Below, piece after piece: positions 51,801 through 61,489 of a stretch of DNA of 64,000 nucleotides. Numbering within the stretch: position 1 is the stretch's first letter; every line of letters begins with the position of its first letter. A model generated the notes under the pieces. The model was given only the letters and a program-made list of their open reading frames with translations. It was not told the origin of the DNA and made no database searches. The DNA is taken from contig NC_092677.1 of assembly GCF_964355755.1 (NCBI RefSeq), positions 10,872,101 through 10,936,100 on the forward strand, written 5' to 3'. Both the position numbers and the translations under genes were made by a program. This stretch comes from Antedon mediterranea. Lineage: Eukaryota; Animalia; Echinodermata.

Positions 51801-54800
51801 GTTATGTGGCGTGCCGTGTAAAACGTGGTCTTGTGATGATGTGGACTAATCTTCGCGAGTTCAAGTCCCAGTAGATGACTTTTGTTTATTTATCGCCAAA
51901 CGCGAGTGTTGCCACATGCAAATTACACAGTCAATATCAAACTCCTCGAGAATTTACTGGATTTTATATGTTTAATGACAGGGACACGATAATCACGCAA
52001 AAATTACTCGGTCAATATCATCGTATTTGAGGAAATATACGATTTATTTTATAAGGTTTTTGTAATATTTTTATAAAATAATTCTGAGTGGATTATTAAC
52101 CTTAAGCTATGTCTACACTATCAAAGTTCATGTGACAAACAAATATAATGTGCCCATATATGGACAGGATGATGGCTTTAATTTGTTTTCTATTTAGAAG
52201 ATGAAGAAGAGAATATCATGGAGATGGAGGTTGATGTGGATGACAGTTTTGTTTCAGATGAAATATTAGATATTATTGCAGAAGCATTAAAAGAATTTGA
52301 CGTAAATTCACTGCAAATATATTTCAAGATAAGGAGCTCATCTAGGCAATCTTATACAACAACCTTTGACAAATCAAATTTGTTGAAGACATTAAGAAAA
52401 ACTGAGACTGATTTTAAATCTAAGCTTACTGAAGCTCTGGATAGTGTTCACAGGACAGATTTGGCTGACCTATTAAAAGGTACTATACAATTATTAGCAT
52501 CATATCTACTGAAGAGACTCTGCTACACATTATCCTGGACCCACACAACAATTGTAATGGGTTGACCAGGCCTACTACAATACAAGAATGGACCCACATA
52601 ATTTTAATGAGTCAAAGGGCCCACTGCAATAGTAATGTAGATTGGACCCACACAAAAATTGTAATTGGCTGACCAGACGCATTTAATACAATATTATCAT
52701 TACATTGGTAAAATATTTGTGCCTCCCAGCTATGTATACTTTGAGGGGAATAGAGACTTCTTCCTAAAATGAGGAATTTTATTCAATTGATTTATTATTG
52801 ATGTTTACAGAAAAAACATCTCAAGAAGACAACATTACAAACCAGACAAACAAACCAGGAAGTGAAGAAATGGTTAATACTAGACCATTTTACCAGCATC
52901 AGTTTAGCATTGGAACAATGGTTGAAGTAACTGCTGTAGGCATGTCCATGTATGGTGTAATTAAATGGATTGGAGATATACCAGGAATGGAACACAAAGG
53001 TCGATTTGCTGGTGTGGAGCTGGTAAGTTTCTTTGTTAAAAATGTTTTGAATAACAAAAATTCTGTACCTACTGTACTTCCTGAGATTGTAAACTGAACT
53101 GTAAACTAAATTAGATTATTTAATTAATTAATTTTTAATCCACAAAAATGCAAATTTCTTTTCATATATTTTTGGTTTATCTTTGTGTGTTGAATAAACA
53201 AGAAAAACTGCTGTAAATCTTTATGCACTTAACTTTTCTATCATGTTGTACTTGGTAATTTCTCTAGGAGGAAGATTGCTCTGCTGCAACAGATGGCAGG
53301 TTTGGTGTTACACGTTACTTTAAAACTTTACCACACAGGGGTTTTTTTATACAAATATCAAAATGCAAGCCTGATGGTCGGTTTTCCGGTCCTATTGAGC
53401 ACACTGGAGGAGCACAAAGGCGAGGTAATTATCATATAAATTGTTCTACATCATTTTTATAGCCATTTTTGTATACTCTACAATTCAATGGTTATAAAAT
53501 ATCGTTCCTGCTTTCCCATATACTTTCTCAGTAAGTTTTATTGTAACTAAACAACGTTCCCTTCTGTTTTCTATTTTGATTATTATAGACAATGTTTTTG
53601 ATAGCCCATCGATAAAGGATGTCACGGTTCCACCCATGATGTCAAAGGTTCATCCACACGGAGCAATGGGTATCCAAGGAGACCAGAACTCGTGCTACCT
53701 TGATTCAACTATTTTTAGCATGTTTGCATTTGTTAGCGTTTTTGATGAGTTACTGCATCGCCCAAAGAATGCTAATGATATTGAAGGGTACAGTGAGGTA
53801 CAGAGAGTGCTTAGAGAGGACATAGTTTACCCATTAAGAAGGTACAAGTATACAGTACATACACCTTTATGCTTTTAACAAAAATAATATTACATTTATT
53901 ACATTATTATATTACATGTAGAAGATTACATTTTATCATAATAAACCATAATGTCAAAGTAACAGAAAGGTAAAATTCTATATAATGAGTGAGAAGTCAA
54001 ATTTATATATATTTATATGGTATAGTTTATTCCATTCTGTAAGGGGCGGGTTTCCCGCTGTTGAATGAGTATGAATAAAATAAAAATAAAATAAAATAGA
54101 AGTCAAATTCAACATTTTATTCTTTTTATTGTATCATCCTTAGATGATAATTGATGTTTCTTCTTATGGTTATTAGTTTTTATATATATTGTCATCCAAG
54201 ATTCATGGACCAATAAATTAGATTTTGTAATTTATATGTCCATGGTTGAACACTGAAGACAATCTGGTGAGGCCCTCTATTGCCCACGGTAGACACAATG
54301 CTGTGATCACCAGGAGATAGCCTACAGCTTTTGAATAGTCTAGTTCACTAAAGTTTTTTATTGCAATAATGTATACAGGACCCACGGATCAATGTTCCAT
54401 CCAAAGGACAATGAATCAACGACAGTAAAGCATCTAGCCTAAGGACACAAACCAAATGTCACAGACAGGTCTCAAACTCTGGCCTGCTCACATGCCAGTC
54501 CAATTACCATTTTTAATGAAAACTAATCCTTTGGAAGAGTAGGGTTTACCCCGGTGCACTGGTCCATTCAGCCCCTGTCATTGTGGACAGACAAACAGGC
54601 TTCTTCAGTGGCAGCATTCAACACAAAATGACCCTTAAGCGTGGTTCCCACTAGCGACGCAACGCAAGGACGCAACGCAAGTGAATTGACCAATCACAAG
54701 CGATGGCTTATTCGCTTTTGATTGCTAACTGTCTATAACTTCGCTTGTTATTGGTTAAAACGCTTGCGTTGCGTTTACGTCCTTGCGTTACGTTCTAGTG

Positions 54801-57800
54801 GGAACCAAGCTTTAGGGGCCGGGATAAGAAATTTACGTGTGTGTCATCATCTCAGTTAGTCTGCAGCCACAGGTTATTCCCCAACATTTACTTAAGAAAG
54901 CCTTCTTAAATTGTTTATTCTGTTGCTTCATTTTATAAAACATTCATTTTCTGAATTTTTTAGTTTGTTTATAGATATATTTGTATTATTTTTTGTTTAT
55001 AGGAATGGTTTAGTAAAATTTGAAAATATATATCAACTTCGAAAACTTCTGGATAAACATGGAAGTACTGTTGGTCTGACAGATCAGGAGAAAGACCCAG
55101 AGGAGTTTCTTACAACACTTTTACAAGAAGTATTGAAAAGTGATCCACTCTTTAAAATCAAGTATGTTATAAGAGACTTTGCTATTACTGTCTTATTAAT
55201 ATTTTTTTTTTTTGGCTTGTACCGTATTTATTATTTGTTTTTTTTAAATTTTCTTTTTCAATTGTATGCAAAAGGGAAAAAAGTAGTAAGCTTTCCCAAT
55301 TTATATTGTAAAAATTATATATTATGTATCTTCTTTGTCAAAATAAATGTGAAAATGAATGAATATAATTATGAATATTATATTAATATATTTATATTAT
55401 TTTTTGGTACAGGTTGTCATATCGGTCAAAGGTCAAAAAACCCATTTTCATTACATCAAATAGAAATGTATATACTTTGAACAATTTGACATAAAAATTA
55501 GCTCTCTGTGTACCTGAAATATGGGTCAAAGGTCAAAAACTGTATTTCCAGTTCATTTTTTGGTTAAAGTTTTCAATCGACTTGATAGGAAAGTCCTTGC
55601 TTTGAACAATTTGACTCCAAAAGCAAAAGTCTGTGGTCAGTAGTTTTAAAGATATCACATATTACTGCAAAACGGCTGCCATTTTGAATTATGCAAATTA
55701 TGTGAACCGCAAGGGTCAAATTTGTGGCGCCCGGCAGAAATTGAAATAGTATAGGACGGGCAACCTATACACAAAATTTAAACCAAAATATCCCAAACAG
55801 CCCCCACTAGAAGAACTGATGTAGTGTAATTAGATTAAAAATGTTTTAAAAAATGTTAGTAGAGACTTTGGTAACAAGCTTCAATCATGGTAGCCCTAGA
55901 AGGGTGAACCTTTGGTTGCACAATATTTCTAACAGTGTTTTGTGCAAGCTATTTTAAATTAATTTCTTTGTATCTCTTTTAGGGTTTATGGATCACCAGG
56001 CATGCAAGAAATGAACTTCTATCAGATGTTCATGGAGCGTGACACCACGTTGAAACAAATTCCAACAGTCCAGATGCTTTTGGAGCAGTCGTTTCTTGAT
56101 ACGGACATCAAGCTAGCTGAAATCCCATCATGCTTTGTGGTACAGATGCCTCGATTCGGAAAGGCTTATAGGTTGTACGAGAGAATTCTACCAACACTTG
56201 AGCTTGATATTACACAAATGCTGGACAACTGTAAGTTATTTTACACAATAAAAATAGTAATTTTCTAGTCTTTTAGTACTACTGTACATGTAGTTGTAAG
56301 TAAGTAAGTAATATTTATTGCTTTCCAAATACAGTACAAATATATAAAACAGTATAATGTAAATGAAATAAAAAGAGAAACATTAAATATAAAAATACAA
56401 GACTAGACAAGAAAATAAGCATGGAAAGCAGGGGATGGCCCTTTAAGCCCAGAGGCATTATCAACATTGACCATACCTATAAATGAGTCACCAATATTTT
56501 TTAATAGTAACAAATCTCATTCACATCATTTGAGAAGTATCCCCTTATCCTATATAAGTAAAAATGTCACGATGATTACTGATCAATTTATAGACTTATA
56601 TATTTTGGATTTGTTTATTAGTTCCCAGGCCATGTATTGTTTGTGGAAAACTAGCATCATTAGAATGCCGTGAATGCAGCAGTGCAAAACTAGGAGGTGA
56701 ACAGATAGCGGGTTACTGCGAGGATTGTTACATACTTGTAAGCAAAATGCCTTAGATTTTTTAAGAAACGGGGAGAACTCAGATGTTTGTTTTAATGTTT
56801 CATTAATTTATTATTTATTTTATTCTTCATATCCAGTTATACTGTACCTTATACCATTCATTCATTCATTGCAAATTGTACAAAAAAGTTTACATAAACT
56901 CCTTTGAAAGTTAAATCTTGCATTATGAATTATTTATTACACAAAAATCGTATGTATTACCTAATAATAATAATACTATATATTAATATGTTATACAGCA
57001 TCACAAAAAACCTATAAGAAAAGCACATGACGAGCCTAGAAATTTGAAAATTCAATAAATATCTTGTGTATATTTTATTATTAGAGTTACACCTACTTCT
57101 ATATAATACTATTAAAAAATGTTTTTACAGCGTCACAGAAAAGCTGAGAGAAGAACACATGAAAAGCCACGAAAATTGGAAGTTCCTGAGGACTTTCCAA
57201 ACGAACTTACAGAGGATGAGGAGTGTGATGCAATAAGCACTGAGAAAATGGAACTATTTGCTGTTGTGTGTATTGAAACAAGCCATTACGTGGCTTTTGT
57301 AAAATCTGGAGAAGAAAAACACTCAAAATGGTTGTTCTTTGACAGTATGGCTGACAGAATAGGTAAGATTTCATCTTTCTTTGTTGAAGTGGATAAGTTA
57401 TACCAAAGATGTAACACTTGATGCAAGTCTATAACCAGGATTTGTACAGGCGTAATACAATTTCAATCTTTCATCTAAATAAGTAATAATTGAAAGTATA
57501 GACATGTCTCTGTAGTCTTTTCTTCGTCAGTACATCTATAAATGGATGACTAACTGTAGTTAGGAGCAGGGATTCTAGTAGACAAACTTATGATTTTACG
57601 ATACTTCAGGAAATTACCTGTGAGGGCAGAGGGTATTACTAAATAGTAGCATAGTAGGCTAGATGAAATTTGACTTCTGCCGTGTTAGTATTGGCCAAAA
57701 ATTAGACCTATTTACTAGCATTTGTTTCAAGAAAGGAAAACCAGAGTTAGTTTGAACCTTATGAACCCATAGTACCAATCCTGCTGTTTGTAAGCTTAGA

Positions 57801-58083
57801 TGTTCAGCAGTAGAGACATATGCCAGCATGTATACCAAAAGTAATGACTCCCCCATGTACTATCAACTGTTGCCACATGGCAAGCAACATGTATTGTATT
57901 TTTTCAGGAGACCAGGATGGTTTTAACATCCCAAAGATAACAGAGCTTCCACACTTCCGAGATTGGATTGAACACCCAGAAAAACATGAACATTTAAGTG
58001 ACAAAGAGTTGGAAGAGCCATTAAGAAGACTATTATGTGATGCATATATGTGCTTCTACAGAAGTACTACAGTGCATCCATAG
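33883..58083 (+). CDS. CYLD: CYLD-type ubiquitin-specific protease with an inserted death-domain array, ~1426 aa if all exons are used; exons 33883-34311, 37046-37303, 37544-37664, 43186-43302, 44179-44268, 44367-44624, 45342-45593, 46361-46615, 48775-49029, 49252-49293, 49498-49554, 50457-50513, 50691-50945, 52198-52479, 52811-53022, 53268-53424, 53589-53841, 55003-55161, 55983-56230, 56622-56737, 57131-57362, 57908-58083
   Basis: CAP-Gly 1 (LFGVELL/SDKGCGSTDG..YFKCEKDCGLFV), a degenerate CAP-Gly 2, and CAP-Gly 3 (YGVIKWIG..FAGVEL/EEDCSAATDGRF..RYF). USP Cys box GIQGDQNSCYLDS, EKDPEEFL, QMPRFGK, B-box CIVC..CREC..CEDC..H..H, His box MELFAVVCIETSHYVAFVK, WLFFDSMADR and RRLLCDAYMCFY. All junctions are GT-AG and phase-compatible (4281 nt). 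The small linker exons are less certain. Confidence 0.88.
34343..36876 (+). mobile_element. Probable non-autonomous Helentron/HINE-like element in a CYLD intron
   Basis: 5' hairpin GGTTATCCGC-acttg-GCGGATAACC. The 3' end has a degenerate subterminal copy (gcataacc), the hairpin ttcgtca-tag-tgacaaa and ctag-ttt. Confidence 0.45.
36146..36814. mobile_element. Tc1/mariner (pogo-like) MITE
   Basis: Perfect TIR CCGTACTGACGCGGGTATAAGCCCA with TA on both flanks, and internal repeats of ctcgggtataagcccaccc. Confidence 0.85.
38982..41254. mobile_element. Non-autonomous hAT-like element with a 5-bp target duplication
   Basis: TIR CAGGGCTGCAAATTAA / TTAATTTGCAGCCCTG, with TTGTA directly on both flanks. 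No transposase ORF was seen. Confidence 0.75.
41666..42511. mobile_element. TGT...ACA-ended non-autonomous element with ~150-bp TIRs and internal ~20-bp repeats
   Basis: TGTTACAACCGCTAATGTAGAAAACGCCAGCTAATGTC / GACATTAGCTGGCGTTTTCTACATTAACGGTTGTAACA, with flanks aatgt/gatgt. Internal gagaggtggtc-type repeats run 41830-42215. Confidence 0.75.
42905..43075 (+). mobile_element. 3' fragment of a non-LTR retrotransposon (RTE-like)
   Basis: Encodes LKELANERSDWKKLVKEIY, like the A.DR..WR..V C-terminus of RTE-clade ORFs, followed by a short (aatc) tail. Confidence 0.5.
43362..44085. repeat. Low-complexity (AGC/AGT-rich) degenerate tandem repeat
   Basis: Repeated agcagcaattagtattagt-type units and (agt)n runs. 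Confidence 0.9.
47604..48722 (+). mobile_element. Second copy of the Helitron-like family
   Basis: A|TCTATATATAAATTTAC start, long alignment to 38490-38975 and 41300-41600, and it ends gaaccatctgtggccacgacCTAG|T. Confidence 0.7.
49835..50143 (-). mobile_element. tRNA-headed SINE with a Deu/Nin-like central domain; an older copy lies on + at ~54530-54830
   Basis: Minus strand: gagtggccgagtggttaagac (A box) .. ggttcgagac (B box) .. aaggactataaaccgta..ggtcc..gcactttaaagaacc..tcgaga..gtaggggtt. This resembles the remembered DeuSINE core. Confidence 0.65.
54638..54811. mobile_element. Complete PIF/Harbinger-like MITE inserted into a SINE copy
   Basis: TIR AGCGTGGTTCCCACTAG / CTAGTGGGAACCAAGCT with a TTA duplication (54635-54637, 54812-54814). 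It splits the SINE sequence gaccct-taggg. Confidence 0.88.
56999..57059 (+). other. Duplicated mini-exon or candidate alternative terminal exon of the CYLD-like gene
   Basis: ttatacag|HHKKPIRKAHDEPRNLKIQ* is homologous to the start of the next exon (RHRKAERRTHEKPRKLEVP) and has the same phase. AATAAA overlaps the stop. Confidence 0.55.
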
Positions 58084-59464
58084 ACATCTATACTTTATAA
58101 CATATATACTAAAAGTAACTGTGAGGTTACTATTCTTTGATTGTGTTTTGGGTCACTATTGGAATTGTTGGTTACTATTATTGTTGAAACTTGAAATAGA
58201 ACCCATAAAATAAAACCCGAAAAATACATAAATAAAAGCTATAATAATTGTTTATTTGGAAGCTACACTTCTGAAAAAGTTGCACACTTCTTGAATGAAG
58301 GTACGTCCAGCTCTGTAACATATTATATTGTGGGGATATTCCCAAATATGTTTGTGATATATGACATCATCATGTGTATATGTGAGCGAATCACACTTTT
58401 TTGTAGATAAAGATAAGTTTGATAGTGTAGACCGAGCTTTAGAATGATTATACTGTCAGTCAACTATCATGCACTTTACCCTGATTTTAAAAATAAAATA
58501 GTAGATTGATGATTATTAGAAAGGTGTAGGTAATATATTTTACAAATATATTTCTGATAGTCCTGATAGGGATGTACAAATTGAATAGTATTTCAAATCT
58601 CAGAACAAAAATCTCAGCAACATCTGTGTGTAGTAATTGTTTACACTTCTCAGAACAAAAATCTCAGCAACATCTGTGTGTAGTAATTGTTTACATTTTC
58701 CTCTGGATGAGGCCTCATCCAATTGTCACTACATGTACATTATGGTAAACGATATTTTTTATTTCAATCAATCAATATTAGATTTAATTCCATAAGTTCA
58801 ATTTCTATAATAATATTTTTTATTAAAATGTTTACAGAATTCTCTTGTTGTTTGTGGTTACTCCATGGTGGTTCATATGGAGTCACGGTTATAAAATGAA
58901 GTACATTATACTCAAATAAATGTTAAATTAAATATAAATAATGAAATACTCACCTTTACTTTATATTTACCTTTATTCTAAATTTATTTCTAAACACAAT
59001 ATTAAGTTTTAATAATCACTCTTTCCTAGGTAAGACTAGACTAACCTATGTTAAATTAAACATATAGGTATGATAAGGTATGATAATGAAATTGGGTTTT
59101 TTTGTGTTCAGATGGAAACTCTATAACCGTACATAAATATTTAAATAATATTTTCAGTACATTCTAAGTGAAATAAGAAGAAAATGTGCAAAAATGTATT
59201 ATTGAACACAACAAAACTATTATATTAAATGTTAGAAACAAATATCTAAAAAAAAATTGCTTACAAGATAAGGGTTAACATTTTTTTCACTGTAGGTAAA
59301 TTTGTTTTTTGTTTTTTATTAATTATGTATATAAAGTGAAAAATAGTTTTAATACAGGTAATTAGTTTTTTGGTTTGAAAATTAATTACTTTACGAATTG
59401 AAAATAAATCAAAATGAAAGATGTGTTTTATTGTGGATGTAGTAAGGTGTGACTGTAAACAGTC

Positions 59465-59760
59465 AAGATGGTTCTGTAGCAGATGGTTCTGTAGCAGATG
59501 GTTCTGTAGCAGATGGTTCTGTAGCAGATGCTTCTGTAGCAGATGCTTCTGTAGTAGATGCTTCTGTAGCAGATGGTTCTGTAGCAGATGCTTCTCTAGC
59601 AGCTGATTCTCCAGCAGATGCTTCTCCAGCAGATGCTTCTGCAGCAGATGCTTCTGTAGCATATGCTTCTGTAGCAGATGCTTCTCTAGCAGATGCTTCT
59701 CTAGCAGCAGATGGTTCTGTAGCAGATGCATCTGCAGCAGATGCTTCTCTAGCAGCAGTT
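59465..59760. repeat. 15-bp minisatellite, ~19 copies
   Basis: Unit gcagatg(c/g)ttctgta and variants. It accounts for the repetitive ORFs on both strands. Confidence 0.92.
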
Positions 59761-61489
59761 TCTTAATATATGGACCTCTGTGGTTTAACAGATGCCTCGA
59801 TGCTTCCCTGCTTATAGGTTCAATTGTATGACAGATATCTACCAATAATTCAACTTCATAGTATTTACACATATGCAAAATGCAATACAATGAAAACTTG
59901 TTTGCTGATTTTGATAGAGAACATTACAAACGAAAAAGATACTACACACCAACTCGGTATTTAAACGTGCATTCTAATTTTATTCAACTTCTATAAAGGC
60001 AATTTAAAATCAAAATTGTTCGTGAGAACGATAGGTTCAACGAATTCTGTGAATGAACTGAGTCTAAATATATGTGTAGGCTTATTTTTGTTTTTTTGCA
60101 ACAAACTTTCCTTTCTTTCCTTTTCAATGTTCAGTGCGATGGAATGAAACAGGACTGTTAATGAGAACTTAAAGATTATGGTGTACTGTGGCTGTGTTGT
60201 TGCTTTTAACTTGCTTGAAATGGCAAAACAAAATTAACTTCGAAGTATGTTTACTTTAACTTTACTTTAAAATACCCCTAGTCCAATTTTGGCGTTCAAA
60301 ATCAAAGTTTTAATTAAAAATGAAGATTTAATGCCAATTAAATAGATTTTTTGGCAACGTCGCCATTTGAAACAACAATATAATTATATTGTACAGGTAC
60401 TTTAACGTTCTTTTTATCAGGAAGAAATGGCTCTTTCTCAAGGTGAGACCCGACCCTCAGTTCGTAGCTAAAGCTATGCTGAATCTGGTAACAGGAAACA
60501 CTTTTTTATATTTATGAAATAACATTATATGTTGTATTTAATAATTAGTAGAAAACAATGTTTACTAGTATTAAAAAAACTCCTTAATGTTGTACTATTG
60601 AATTTTGACAAGGAGTTTACAATATCGTGCAATTTTTTTTGAATAAATAGGCAAATGTCAACGCTTTTATTTGTTACGTACCTGAATATGACTATAAAAA
60701 AATTGGTGATAATAACCAATCACAGTATATCATATATATATATAGCCATATTATCGCATAATTGAAGTCAATTTTACCCATTTTCCAATAATGTGGGTTT
60801 TATTCGTCGTTTTTTTATTATATTATCCTATAATTGTTGGCTACAGAAATGTTCTTGTATTTTTTTTTTACGTAACGTACAATGACTGAATATTATTATT
60901 ATAATGAATATTATCGGATCATTGAATTTTGAAAAGTCTATGTTTTGGCCATTTTGCAATAGTTTTTGCAATAGTTTTTTTCCAAAAAAATACAAAATTT
61001 CAAGCCTTATATTTTTTTAAGTAACTGGTATTATAATTTACATGCGCCAAGTATGTTATAGTAACCAGTTACGTAAAAGATAAAAGCGTCGACAATCAAT
61101 TAGTTATGTCATATATATTACTTATCGCATAATTATTGAATTTAAAAAAGTGCATATTTTGGCCATTTAAAAATCCAAATCCCTGTACTATAGTAGACCT
61201 ACAAAGAAATTTTTCGAAAATTAGCCAAATTTCGAAAAAGTTTACATAACTAGTTACTATGGCTCTATGCACATATATGTCAATTATGTTACCAAAATAG
61301 GCCTACGCACTTTTTTAAATACTGTTATTATGCAATAATATTGCTATATATGTGCAACTTATAGACGTACAGTAACCATTTATGTAAACAATTTTTCGAA
61401 AAGTAAAATATTAAAAGGACCGAAAATCGGGCATTTTTCGTAAATTTTCATGTACTATAGTACAGGGCCAATTTTCGACCTTTTTATTT

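Larger units (their letters stand above)
44367..52479 (+). other. Death-domain exon array inside the CYLD-like gene: DD1 44367-44624, DD2 45342-45593, DD3 46361-46615, DD4 48775-49029, DD5 50691-50945, DD6 (divergent) 52198-52479
   Basis: Each exon encodes ~84-94 aa with the death-domain pattern, e.g. W..LA..L....I..I ... A..ML..W ... L..AL...G...LA..L (SWESLAEQLNV..CLEVLMIWR; SWQDIARQLKM..AFMTWK..LAKALKTCGHEEMA; LTEALDSVHRTDLADLL). DD4 and DD6 fit less well. Confidence 0.8.

Noticed and set aside
59261-59890. 209-aa (L-L-Q/E-K/N-H)n ORF and the opposite-strand (ADASV)n ORF as repeat proteins
   Set aside because: Both arise from a 15-bp minisatellite that is open in several frames. The flanks are low-complexity AT-rich sequence with no credible gene structure.
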